A DNA stretch of 63,675 nt, counting the filler, from Parasitella parasitica NRRL 2501 (taxonomy: Eukaryota > Fungi > Mucoromycota): NCBI GenBank assembly GCA_025201805.1. It is 18 parts of 18 records of this genome, joined end to end, with 100 filler letters (N's around TTAATTAATTAA, not from the genome) between each part and the next. Parts side by side here need not be neighbours in the genome. Positions count along the whole stretch, not along the records: positions 11,062 to 13,850 come from MU619346.1; positions 13,951 to 15,496 come from MU619624.1; positions 15,597 to 18,119 come from MU619554.1; positions 18,220 to 19,615 come from MU619643.1; positions 19,716 to 21,778 come from MU619305.1; positions 21,879 to 28,799 come from MU619295.1; 12 more parts are not named here. One strand, written 5' to 3'. The notes beneath the pieces are model-generated. The model was not told where the DNA came from and did not search any database. It saw only the letters and a program-made list of their open reading frames with translations. Shown piece by piece: positions 13,658-26,410 of this stretch. Made by a program: the position numbers and the translations under genes. The first letter of the stretch is position 1, and every line of letters begins with the position of its first letter.

Positions 13658-13967
13658 CACGAGCCTTAGACATTTACTAGATTTAGTATATGCTACGAGC
13701 TTATGCTATATAAGATCTATGCTTCAGATGCGTATTCCCAGTTTCTAGATACGCACTACAAGACATATACTTATATCCATGAAGATACTAGCTACAGATA
13801 CATCATGTACTACAGACTTGTACAATATGTGCAATGCTATAGATATGCTTNNNNNNNNNNNNNNNNNNNNNNNNNNNNNNNNNNNNNNNNNNNNTTAATT
13901 AATTAANNNNNNNNNNNNNNNNNNNNNNNNNNNNNNNNNNNNNNNNNNNNTCTTGCAAGGTCCCAGG

Positions 13968-14606
13968 TGCAATCGAATGGTATAACTAAAAGCGCATAAC
14001 TGAAAAAATAAGACTCAAATGTCACGCATAGTTAATTCATGCCATTCGAGTTCGCATAACATATAAAGTCATATGAATCAAATCGAATTACAAATACAAT
14101 TTAAGACCTTATCAATGAATGTCGTGTGAAAGAAAACACCCCTAATCAAAGTGCTTTCACTTACACAACAAACATTCAGAATAAGAATAATAATGACAAA
14201 GATATCAATTATGGCAGCTCGACATTCAATGAGTTTTTCCCATCATTCTAGATAAGGATATATTTAACAGAATAACTAAAGTATGACGATAGCCATCTTA
14301 ACACGGCCAACCAATGTTACGCAAATCTCCATCAATGGTGAAAGTATTCAGCATAATTTGCTTCCCCTTAAAACCTAAAATTAAACAACGACAAATTAAC
14401 GCATTGACTCTAGGATCAATGCTTCATCCATGAGAACTGATATACAACAATTCAAATTCTATAAAGACTAAGATGCTTTCCTCTAGATAAAATCTCAGTA
14501 TAATTTTATAATAAAGAACCCCAAACTTGATTATAATAATTGTAATTTCATATCGCTTTTATTTTTACTTTTTTTTTTATTTCGTAAATCTTTCAAATTT
14601 ACTGCA
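13968..14606. mobile_element. LTR family C
   Basis: TGCAAT...TACTGCA; copies at ~32298-32529 and 37208-37919. Confidence 0.7.
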
Positions 14607-15339
14607 GATATACGCTTATGGATTGATATTAATAATTTCGTATAGAAGATTGATCAGGGTACCTCGGGTAAAGTCTATCCCCTCACTCAAATAGATTTAA
14701 GTTATCTTGAGCCTGCTGATATGTACGTTAGCACAAAGTTAAGATGCTAGTTACGCAGTATTGTCGTACATGTTAAATTGCGAGAGTAGAACATTTATCC
14801 ACAACAGTTTAAGTATATAAAGAATCATCTACCTGGCCAGTAGATGAACGGGATTTGATACACCTGTCGATTTGATAATAAAAACCTATACCTTTATCAA
14901 GTTGACATTATTGTTTATTTTTATTATATTTTCTCCGTGAATCCATATAACAATTATACCGATTCCACAGCAGTGATAATAAGGATGATTTATAGATAAT
15001 ATATTTGCTAGTATACGAGAAATGTTTATTGTAATATAAACTATAGTAGCTATTACAGATATTTTCATTAGTGTTCCAATATCTGGTAAAAGTTGAACCT
15101 ATTTATAACAATTGGATGTTTGATGTAAAATGAGAGACATCATGTAATGTGAATCATTACAAAGAGCTATTTAAATTGCGCATCGAGGAAATGAATTAAA
15201 TTCTAGGGTAGTTGGTTTTAAATGTGAAAAAAATAACAATAGTAATTAAAGTGTAAAAGAAAGAAAAAAATCGATAATGTTTATTAAAAATAATAAAATG
15301 ACCTTTTTTATACCATCTCATAATGTCTATTGTCTACAT

Positions 15340-15496
15340 TGTTATATCAATAACATGTCATAGACCTTATAGCAAGATCAAGGGGCTAAAAGCCAAGGTG
15401 CGTGGTTAATCAGGGATTTACACCGCATGCTCTATATATAAATCTTGGTTACAGTTGTGTATGATGACGTTAGCACATAATGTTAGTTTATATAAA
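15340..15496. mobile_element. LTR family D fragment
   Basis: TGTTATATCAATAACATG start shared with 31908, 35496 and ~46712. Confidence 0.7.
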
Positions 15497-16844
15497 NNNN
15501 NNNNNNNNNNNNNNNNNNNNNNNNNNNNNNNNNNNNNNNNTTAATTAATTAANNNNNNNNNNNNNNNNNNNNNNNNNNNNNNNNNNNNNNNNNNNNATTA
15601 ATGGCTAGTAGTGTTCATGATATTTATGCTAATTTCATGTAGTGCCATGTGAGGGATTTATGTTGTTGTTCAAGTATATCATTAATTTTTCATGTTGTAT
15701 CGCCCTTTATAAAAGCAATTTTTTTTTGGATAAGTGTATATTTCAGACCTGATTTTGCTGTTTTTTGGAGCAATTATGTCATATCAAATCCAGTGTCGCA
15801 TCTAAGACGACTTATGAAAAATAGTAACCGTCAAACATGATGTACTATTTATATTACATTTCATAGGCTTTATTAATGAATTATATACGCTACCAGTTTC
15901 ATTGCCATTGTTAGGCTTTAAACATCAAATGGCTGCTGCTGTTGACTTGAGTAAATAATGCTGCAGCAACGGGTGTTTTTAGTCTGGTTTTAACAGGGCT
16001 AAATTAGCGTGGAATTTTTTTTACGTGTCTTTCTTCCACTTTATATTTTTTTTACAGCTAGAAGCTACGGTATATAATATATACACAAGTTGATATCAAG
16101 GACTAATATATTGAGCGCAAATATGCTTAGAATATTAATAGATTTATAACATTTAATCACAAACATGTTATACGGCTGGAAGATTTCTCTTGTGCTCAAA
16201 TAACATCAAAAGTAAGAGCGTTTTGTTTATGGTGAAAAAAGACTACCAACGGTTTCTATTCTTGCGAGATGTTTGAAAATCTAATTTCTGATGGTTTTTT
16301 TATTGTAGATTATTTGTTTGAAACGCTCCTTTTTTGCGACTCACAACATTTTAAAATATCTTGATATTGTAAGTAAAATTTTGCAATGAAATGGACCAAA
16401 ATTAAGAAATTAAGAAGCTATCTACTTAGGTTTTGCTGATCATGATATAAACCTGTGTGTTGAATAGACATATGTAGTTACTGCTGCAGGACTAGGGAAT
16501 CGGCCAAGAAACATGTATACAGCACTCTGAATTTAAGACACTACTAGGTAAATGAGTTATCATTCTATGATGATATGTGCTAATGTATCTTTATTTTAGG
16601 GGAAAACTGACTATGCAAGACGAGCCGCTACTCGGCCAAGCACTGCGTAGATCAATAGACTTTATAAATGAAAATTCTAAATGTCAAGCTTGTTAATCCT
16701 ACAGTATATACGGCTAATCAATGTATCATTTATATTATCTAATATTGAAATAAATCCATCCGCAATTTGAAACCCTAATGAATACGCGAGAACAATTTAT
16801 GAGAGATAAATACGATACCAATATAGTGCTTCTATTTTCTATGT

Positions 16845-17405
16845 TGTGCACAAATGGGCATAATGGCGTACACATGAGCATTTCACATAGTATGCACTTT
16901 TGAGCATAGTATTAAGCATACGGGCAGATTATATGAAGAGCACATATGAGCTTAACAATAAGCACATGTGCTGTTTTGTCTATTATGCACATTGTGCATA
17001 TTAATGTATTATTAACCATATTCACTGTGCATACTGTAATAGCTTAGGCTTTAGTGGTATGCCCACTTGGGCATAATAAGGTAATAATGTGCATACTACT
17101 TCGGCCGTAGTGATACAATATCAAAACTATATTTCTTTTTTGATATTGTGCACAAACATGCATATTGACACACACACAAGATTTTCAAATATTAAGCACG
17201 AGTAAGCATAATATTATAACCATATAAGCATGTTATTTGAAAACCACATATGAGCTTAACAGTAAGCACATGTGCTGTTTGTATATTATGCGCATTGTGC
17301 ATGTAAATGTATTTTTAACTATACTGTATTCACTGTGCAAAATATCTAAGGCTTTAGTGGTATGCTCACTTGGTAGTAATGTGCATACTATCTCGGCCGT
17401 AATGG
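16845..17405 (-). mobile_element. Tandemly duplicated (~300 bp) CACTA-type transposon end with GCACA/TGTGC-rich subterminal repeats
   Basis: 16941 and 17245 blocks align; first unit ends ...CGGCCGTAGTG at 17112 (CACTACGG on minus strand). Confidence 0.6.
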
Positions 17406-18219
17406 TTGCAAATACCGAGAGAGCTGCTTCAACCAGCAAGGCAAGAAACAATCATAGTTACAGGGACATTTTTCTGTTATTTAATACATAGAATTTTGTC
17501 ATTACATAGTGTTTTGTCAATTCGTAATGTTTCGTGATTTGATAAAAAAACTAGCCATGGATAAAATTGGAAATAGAAAATCGTCACGTTTATCTACCAA
17601 CACGTCTACGCGTCCTGATACTAGTTTTCATTGCTTCTTCACATTAAAATTTTTACTTGCAACACTTGATTGCTACGATCCAATTACCTTGTTTACCCAC
17701 AAATAGCGTATATGTATATTTGTATAACAAGATACTTAAAACTAACACTTCTTTTTAAACGAATAGATTGACAAGATTTTATTCGCAAATTCACAATTTT
17801 ACATACCAAATATGACGATGACTACCTCTCGACCTTAGATAATCACTGCTCTCTAGACATAGTTCTACTAACGCCCGCAGTGAAATCCCCTGGTATTGAT
17901 ATGAATAAGGTGTATACATATTTGCATGTATTCAACAAAATCACTAACTACCTCTTTAACTTAGAAAACAGCTTCTACTGCACTCAAGGCCGCAGCGCAA
18001 TAATTTTGCTACATTCAAAGCTCAAGATTCAAGACAGCAGCGAAAGAATTGCTGCATTCAAAACTCAAGACAGCAGCGCAAGACTTTGCTGTATTCAAGA
18101 CAGTAGCTCAAGAATATGCNNNNNNNNNNNNNNNNNNNNNNNNNNNNNNNNNNNNNNNNNNNNTTAATTAATTAANNNNNNNNNNNNNNNNNNNNNNNNN
18201 NNNNNNNNNNNNNNNNNNN

Positions 18220-18660
18220 AATCTGGCGAGTTTATTCATCCTTGTATCGAATTTATGGTTCCAAGTTGTAATTGATCAGATGAATGATTCACATCTTTGC
18301 AGATTGATTCAACTTTGTTGCCGCGAACCCATCAATGAAAAGCGCCAGCGCAACGTCAATAGAATTGGTGAAGCAGCCACCTTCTAAAAGAGCCTTGTAG
18401 CGTTCACCATCGAATATGCCAGAATAGCCATCCGGGTTGTATTCATACTGATGTCCATAAATTTGTCAGCTCGCTTGTTGCGTCATTAGCCAGCATCAAT
18501 GAAACGACCTTTGCCAATGTAAACATCTTCATCTGTCTAACTGGGGTAATTCCATCAGCTTTATATCGCGGCTCTTTACAATCTTGATTGGCGCAAAAAA
18601 GATCAGCAAGTGCCATAAAATATACATACAAACAGCTCGTCGATTAGGGCTTACCTTGAT
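18220..18660 (-). pseudogene. Degenerate CACTA/En-Spm (tnp2, Transposase_21-like) transposase
   Basis: C-x4-C..RY; GIFDGERYKAL...DVALALFIDGF across frameshifts; upstream C2H2-like exon near 19010-19080. Confidence 0.65.
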
Positions 18661-19372
18661 GGCGGTGTTTAACGGTGTTATGCTTCAATAGAGATCTAAA
18701 GAGATACACACACTCTCTAACTGCTTCTTTGGAAATCCTGTATGTGTCTGTTATATTGACATACTTGATTGAAAACAGCTCGGTTGGAGTGTTACTTCGT
18801 CAGATGGCACCTGGCATACAATGGCTTGTGTTTGTTGATCTTGATCTGCTTTTTATGAGAGGGAAGTTAGAAAATCAGTTATTTTACAAGCATTATACAT
18901 AATTACTGACTTTCATCTAAGCTAGGGGATTGTGTTTCTTGCATACGAGCATCATCATCTTGTTGTTGGGAATTAGCACGATGCTTGACTTTTTCTTGGT
19001 GGTTTCGTCGGTAATGATTCTTTCGATCTTTGCTTGCATGGAAGGTACGGTTACAGCCTCTTTGGCAAGGATATGATACAGAGGGACATATAGTTAAAAT
19101 AAGAGAGTATTTTAAATAATAAAATGAAAGAAAGTGATGGAAAACTAAAGTCGCTCTACTTTCATGTGTATGTTTAGTGATTTGTTTTTTATGCAAACGT
19201 TTTGAGAGAGAATGTATTCTTTTTTTTTGGATCTGGCCATCGAAAATTCTATATAGTTGGATAGAAAATAATCATGTAAAAACCAATCTACGGTTTTATA
19301 AAAATCGAGCATCAGTTAGAAATCAGTTTTGACATATTTTCTATACACAAATACTATTAATAATACATTCAA

Positions 19373-19615
19373 GATGACTAGCAGAAGAGTAAATCACGCC
19401 AACGCCATGCCTCATAAGACTGCTTTGGAAAAGTTAATGAAGAACCACAAGAAGGCTCAATGTCTGCTCAGGGATGTTCTTGAAAAACAAGTCAAATCCA
19501 ACGATTTGAATCTCGAGTTGATTAAGTTGATAGCACCTTTGTTTCCACCAGCAACGAATATATATGGCGCAAGTACTGAAATAGAGGAAGCAGCTGCTAC
19601 AGGTAATAACCTCAA
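19373..19615 (+). CDS. Partial hypothetical ORF divergent from the CACTA transposase
   Basis: Open from MTSRRVNH to the contig end. Confidence 0.3.
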
Positions 19616-19715
19616 NNNNNNNNNNNNNNNNNNNNNNNNNNNNNNNNNNNNNNNNNNNNTTAATTAATTAANNNNNNNNNNNNNNNNNNNNNNNNNNNNN
19701 NNNNNNNNNNNNNNN

Positions 19716-20027
19716 CAGTACAAAAATAAAAAATAAAAATCAATTTTATGCCTAAAACATCAAATTATTATGCCCAGAAAAAATGCTATTTAGTGGGGGA
19801 AAAGAAGCCTTTCATTTTAATATTTGGATGCTCTCATGAGCAACACGAAAGGTTCATAAGAGCGCAGCGTTGGATGTTCTCATGGCACCCTCGACACTCT
19901 CATATGAGCGGATGTTCTCATGAGAGCATCGATGCTCTGAATTACCGTTTCATTGAGCGCATCTTAAAAACAGGCTCATATGAGACCATCGGATGCTCTC
20001 ACCTAGAACATCCATAGGGCCATAGTG
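19716..20027 (-). mobile_element. CACTA transposon terminus with GGATGYTCTCATG subterminal repeats
   Basis: Minus strand begins CACTATGGCCCTATGG, the same terminal repeat as 55074. Confidence 0.8.
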
Positions 20028-20029
20028 AT

Positions 20030-20186
20030 TTGTTCTTGATATTGGATTACGTCTTCTTAAATCCATGCTAGCCTGCTCTTGACGATTGTAATCTTTGTGG
20101 AATATTCTGGGTAATTTGAAGTTCATATTGATACTATTTACGGAGATTCTTTGTATGTGATGATCAGTTTATACTGATCTATAACA
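20030..20186. mobile_element. LTR family E fragment (inverted)
   Basis: Reverse complement of 35615-35773. Confidence 0.7.
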
Positions 20187-20589
20187 ATAGCGTAAGCCCA
20201 TGTGCCATCTTGTTGCTCTTTTATACGTGCTGCTTGAGTGACCTGTAACGGCGTTGTTAAACGTTCTTTATAGTGTCTAGTTATTATGACTACTAATTCT
20301 TTCTGTACAGATGGGCGCATACTTAATTTATCCCCTAAATTACCCAAAGTATTTGGCTTCACAGCTATCATCGCGACATCTAAAGAAGGGTTAAATTTTT
20401 TGAACTCAACCCCCTCAAATGTTCCTGCTGCACTATAGGTAACTATATTTAACCTTGCAATCTTATCCAAAGTCAGCGTGTGTGAAGTGGTTATAATAGC
20501 ATTGCCATGTGTATATCCATAATTTTTAAAAACCCCATTATCTTCTAAACCCACAAGCCTATTTTTAGATATTTAGACAAGTCAATATT

Positions 20590-21002
20590 ATGAGCCAAAG
20601 TTGTTGAAAATTGAGCTCATATCCCACCAAGACTAGAGGAGTACATGAATTGTGGGAGAGAGTAGAAGAACAATGGGCTACGTTTACCAAAGAAGATTGT
20701 CAACGATATATTGATAGCATGCCTGCAAGAATTGAGGCAGTAATCAAAGCTAAAGGTGGTCATACTAACTACTAAAGTGATTTTATAAGCACCCTGAAAA
20801 ATGGTCCGGATGCACACATGAATTTTAACCCCAAATTATCTCAACCTCAGTTGATCAATCAAAATAATTTTTTTTCATTTTATTAAATTTCATTTGCTCT
20901 CTTTAATGACGTTGGTTTCATGTTGATCGGATAACTTGTTCATAATCTACATCTTGTTTTAGCGAATTTTGCAAAACATCCGGACCATTAATCCACCTAC
21001 TG
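20590..21002 (+). mobile_element. Tc1 transposase C-terminal remnant and right end
   Basis: CQRYIDSMPARIEAVIKAKGGHTNY*; ends ...CCTACTG|TA; inverted 12-mer ATGGTCCGGATG at 20801 and 20978. Confidence 0.75.
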
Positions 21003-21146
21003 TATATAAAATGAGTTCGTGTAGATTATGGTCCTTACTAACATTTAAAGTCTTTTCATTGTGTGCTACTATCAAATTGTTGAACATTTTGTATGCCCAA
21101 TTATCATCATTGACAGTTATATTCGTTAAAGCGGCAATTGCAAGCT

Positions 21147-21589
21147 TGTTGAGATCTGCAAGATCGAAATAAGAAAAGTATAATATAAAAATATATAAAG
21201 TTGAATTAACGAGATACGAAAACTTGAGACTACTTTATTAAAGATTCAACGTAGCATCTGCTATTTATACTTTTTACAACAACATAAATTTTTGGTGACT
21301 TATTTAAAATACTAGTCGATACTAATTGATAAGAATAATTTGCAAGCAACATCATATCCTTAACAGGGTAAGATGTATTATTATACTACAAGGTTCTTGA
21401 TCTTTGATCTGACAGTACCTTATTGTTTGTCAATCATACAGATCTGTGTTACAGATAACTTTCCTGATTTGAAACAAAGACTTTATTCTCCTGTTTCGAC
21501 AATTATAACAACACATCTTTATTGGACAATCTCCAATCTTTAATTGAAGTACACTATCATGATCTCCTAACCTACATTATGGCAGATGA
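21147..21589. mobile_element. Solo LTR family A1
   Basis: Aligns with 12117-12554. Confidence 0.85.
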
Positions 21590-21878
21590 TAGATCTCGGT
21601 TCTGCTGTCATTTTAGCACAAGTTATGAGCAAATATCTGATACTTATAATAAAAATTGAAAAATAAAACTGTTTTTGCACATAACTTTTGATAGAGACAT
21701 CGCCCAGTGGAAACCAAGTTATGCTCAGATAGCGATGATCATGCCTGATTTGATGGCGCATAAGACAGGCTTTGATTTNNNNNNNNNNNNNNNNNNNNNN
21801 NNNNNNNNNNNNNNNNNNNNNNTTAATTAATTAANNNNNNNNNNNNNNNNNNNNNNNNNNNNNNNNNNNNNNNNNNNN

Positions 21879-22001
21879 AAGAACATGCTCACCATTGCCA
21901 CATCAATTTGGTGTGGAAATGGCCGCCCCCAGGTCTTCAAAAGACATACCGCCACCTCCAATGTAGTTGTTGCTGCTCACTTCGGTGAGTCAGCAACTTA
22001 A
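21879..22001 (+). CDS. Fanzor (TnpB-family) C-terminus, family F1 copy A, truncated by contig start
   Basis: KNMLTIATSIWCGNGRPQVFKRH...*, near-identical to the end of the zinc-finger/RuvC-III ORF at 61696-62051. Confidence 0.85.
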   Translation, partial: KNMLTIATSIWCGNGRPQVFKRHTATSNVVVAAHFGESAT

Positions 22002-22220
22002 AGGTATTGCAGGTAAGAAGCTGTAACAATTCTGATTCTTCTGAAAGATACTAACATTGTCTCCATGTTCGTACTCATGTCCCATTTTCATCTTGTTGTC
22101 CCATTTTCGTATTCGTGACCCATTTTTGTAATCGTGTCCCAACTCAATTTGGAAATGACCAAAATTTATTTTCATTGGCCCAACCTAGTTTCGTCAACTG
22201 TACGCATGCCTCGTTGAAAT
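21940..22220 (+). ncRNA. Putative Fanzor omegaRNA precursor and transposon right end (element ends at 22200, then TA)
   Basis: C(UUCG)G hairpin 21969-21997; similarity to copy B stops just after ...CAACTG|TA; RNA boundaries inferred. Confidence 0.55.
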
Positions 22221-23337
22221 GTTTAGCTGCAAGATTCATTTGGAGGATGCTGCCATTGCTAGCAAGTAATCTTGTTGATGGCAAAAAAATATTACCGTCA
22301 TCTTGAACATAAATGCTTTTGAATTAAATGTTGTCAAATATAAGTAATTGTAGAACAGAAGTTATTTTTGTCACGTAATGGTTCCTGATACAACCATGAT
22401 AGTTGGTTGATATTTAGCAGATTAAAAGTATTTTGTAGCTTCCAGCTGTCAAAGAAAAAAAGGCCTTGTTATTGAAGGGTCGTTGTACTGTGAACTGACC
22501 AATATATTAACTATAAATTCTGGTTGCATGGTATCACCGAATTGTACATGGATGTTAAACCTATTGCTGCAGTTCTGTGCGTGCTGTCCTTTCAGGAGCA
22601 TTTCTTAGTAAATCAATTTCTTTCACGGATGAGTTCGTTTGTTTTATCTCTTTGCCATATCAAAAGTGAATGGCAAAAAAAAAAGGACTCTTTTGCAGGA
22701 AAAACCACTGGTACAATTCTTGATGGTACTCTACTAAGAAATTGTTAGTTGTCTTTAGACAGGAGAGCTAGTAGCCAAAATCTACATGCTCTATAGTTAG
22801 CTATGTATTCTTAGCTTCGTAATCTGCAACTACTTGGCCAAATGCTGTTGACGTTTTCTTCTGTGCAACGAGACCAAATAAAATACATGACTACCTTGTT
22901 AGTGGATAGCAGTACTCCTGGTTAAGAAAGACTTGATGCAATTTATGCAACTGAGCGTTTTCTTTCCTTTTTTCATATAAATGTCATTTAAAAATTGCGC
23001 ATCGATACTAGCCCACAAGCAATATATCAATGTATAATAACATACTTTATTCTTGCAGCGCTTCACTTTTCCAATGATTGTATACAAAAAAAGTTTGATA
23101 AATACTAATTCACCAAAGTTAGATTCTGTATATTTGCGCAATTGACTAAAAGGCACATGAATGCCTTTCTAAAAAAAAAAAAAAAGAAATATATACACTT
23201 CAAAAAGACTCAAAAAAATGACATGATTTATATCTTTGAATAGAGGTCGGCCTCAAGATATCATTGCTCGCTAAACGTTCAGTTATTCTTGTCTTTTCTC
23301 TTGCAAAACAAGCGGAAGAGGGGCACTATAATGTTAA

Positions 23338-25936
23338 ATGGATGCCCAGGCTTCTGACAGCTCTGACTAAATAATCTTATGGCTACTAGAGATTGGCTGA
23401 TATTGAACGTGCTATTTAATGATTTTGCTTATTGATGTTCCTGTTCAATTTAAATACGGAAGCTTCTAGAGGTTATTACTGAGAACTAATAGGTATTCTC
23501 CAAAAGTTGAAAAAATGTGTTGGCAATGTAAAATATAAAATATGCTTGTTATTTGAGTAGATATATTCTTTGACTAATTTCTCAGCACAATAATATCCAT
23601 ATTTGGAAGTTTCAAGTCAAATCCGACTTATTAAAGAAAAAACTGATTTCTCCAAATCTCCCCTGAGCAAAGTTTCTTTCAGAGAGAACTCGAAATCTTG
23701 AAAAGTACACGAGAGAATATCATCTTATCCATTCACTTTAATGAGGATGAAGTTGGCATTGTTTACCGAATTAATATCAAATAACCCATCGCCCATAGAA
23801 ATGAAAGTAAACTCCTGATTTTCAACTATTATGGCGACATTTTTTGATGAAATATCTTTCATATCGTATACTAATAGTGAGAATAAAGCATACACGGCAT
23901 GTTGCGCACTACCGTTGGGAACAAAACAACTGTATTCAGTTTATTTTGATTGTCATGACTTACTACAATGGTGACTCGCTAATTAAGTTTTTATCAACTT
24001 GGTATTTTCAACCAACATTGGCTTATCCTCTTTGCTACACTTTATCACATCAAAATAAAAATGGCTGGACAAGAAGTGGGAACATCATCTAACGGAGTAG
24101 AGGATCACAAAGCTTTTATTGAATCTAAACTGAAAGATAGTCTGGTGTAAGTAGATGCGTAAACAACATTCAAAAAACACAATGATTGTATTCATCTTTG
24201 AGCTTGACAGGCACATTTATGATTCCACGCGTATAGCGAACGAAATCAAGACCGTGAAAACGAAACTTCAATCTTTGCTAGACATCAGAAATCAATTGGC
24301 AAAAGATACTAGTAATTCTGTTCCTGATTTACGAAAAAAAATGAGTATGTCCGTTTTGTTAGTTTTGGGGTGTTTTGCTTGACTCAATTTATTTTGGTAT
24401 TAGACCAAACAATCGATGATTTGCAAAAAGAGATGGAGAAAAACCAAGCCGAGTAAGAAAGTAGATAATAATTTGTAGAATGCACAAATGTATATTAAAG
24501 TTCGGCGTATTTTTATTAGGATGCGTACAGCAGAAGCGCAAGTTAACAAGGGATTTCAAGATATACTACAGTTCATCATGGACAAAGCGGGTAAAGATGT
24601 CGCAACTGTCAAAACCTCTATGGCGGGCACATTGAGCCAATTTAGCAACTCGCTCCTAAAAGGCTTTGAGCAAAAAATTCAGGATATTAAGCAACATTTG
24701 TTGGACATTGATGCATTAAAAATGGATAGAAGCGAAAAAAATGATATTCAAGCAACCATTGACGCCTTCAAGACGCATATCATTGACTTGCAGAAAACTC
24801 AACTCGAATCAGTCAAAATGATTACTGAAAAACAATTTGCAGCTTTATCAGCTCATTTTAGTAAACGTCTTGAGGCTGTAAATTCAGAAACAATAACAAA
24901 ACAAGTCCAACAACAGGTCATGGAAAATATCGACTCAAAATTCAAACAGCAAATTCAAACCCTGGAAGAAGCAAATAAAGAAATTGCCACAAAAGGTGAT
25001 AGTGCGAATATATCTGATACAATAGCACAATCTGTAAAGGATCAAGTGAAGGCTCATTTGACCCCTGACAGTCTCAAGACAATCATATCGACACTTCCTG
25101 AATACCAAGCACTTCAAAGTTTCCACCCAGAGCAAATGCCTGTATCAGAAACAATCAGAAAGATTATCACAGATCTACAGCAAGAAGTCAACGATCTCAA
25201 AACGCAAAGCCACTCTACTCGTGCATTAGTCAACAGTCTTGTAGATAGAAATGTATCATTAACAGATAAAGAAGCCATTCATGCTCAGCATCTAGCCGCA
25301 CTGACTCATATTGAAGAGATGCAAAAGAATATACAACTGATGCACAATAATATGAAGATGATGGAAACAGTAATGAGCGTACAGGCTAAACGCATGGAAG
25401 ATTCGGCAGCGTCATCGAGTGAATTAATTGTTTCTAGAAAGAGAGCAAGAACAGATGACGATGTGGACATGGTTGACCAGAAGGAAGAACACAGCAATGA
25501 AAGGGTTTTGGCAAGAGTGGTTGAAATGGAGAAAAGACATCAAAAATTACTCGACTTTATCCTACAATTTAAAGACACAGTATTAGATGAAACGTTCCCA
25601 GATAGACTAAGCGGGGCATTTAAGAAATTCCAGGATATTATGCTGTAAGTTTCTGTTTTGCTCTATTTCATGTTGGCGTACTAACTTGTTTGTTACAGCA
25701 ATCATCAGACCTTTATTGCATACTTGGTTGATCCATTTAGCACGAGTAAAACCCTCAGATCGAGAGAATCAGCATCTATTCCTAAACAACCATCTGAACA
25801 AGATATACCAGTATTAAATCCTGCTATGCTCGATGCAATCACATTATTAGTAAAACAGACTGCTGAAGAGATTTCTTCTCCTCTCAAAGAAAAGATCAAG
25901 GCTCTCGAAGACAAGTTAAACGCAAGGCAACAATAA
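23338..25936 (+). CDS. Multi-exon hypothetical coiled-coil protein (start uncertain)
   Basis: Long exon 24521-25644 plus flanking GT-AG exons; no recognised domain. Confidence 0.55.
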
Positions 25937-26410
25937 ATTGTTCAGCAAAATCATTCCCTATATATATCGAATGAAATCATTCCAACTACTCGAAATAAAT
26001 AATAATTAAAATTTCACTTTGTATAATATCCTCAAAGATACTTGGATAGACTAAAATGTTGACTACAAACATTATGATAGCGTCAACCGAGCCTGACCAT
26101 AGAGTTCAAGATTTCCATAGCCAAGCTCAATACGATTCATTGACTGAAGCCTATAAGTTACATTATTTTCTCTGCTGTACTGTCGATTGACCTATCCTTC
26201 AAGAGCCTGATCTTACGAATGCTGTCTTACAATCACTCAACTTGGGTGGTTACATTGGAGGTTTGTGACGTCAACTTAACCAAATTTTCTGTGTTATGAA
26301 CAGGGCTTGAAGGCAATTGAAGGAAGGAATTGAAATCGGTTCATATTTTTCTATTTGGTAGTCGAAGTTTTTTTTTTAACTTATTTATCTCCCCTCTCTT
26401 ATTTATAACA

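Noticed and set aside
14607-15330. Possible degraded retroelement internal region resembling 45340-45900
   Set aside because: Only short shared words such as CCAATATCTGGTA; no supportable domain
21990-22175. Duplicated 61-aa minus-strand ORF (also 62040-62225)
   Set aside because: Antisense reading of the repeated transposon end; no recognisable protein
22058-22188. CRISPR-like array
   Set aside because: Units are degenerate with a ~20-nt period, have no spacer-length unique segments and no cas genes; eukaryotic context
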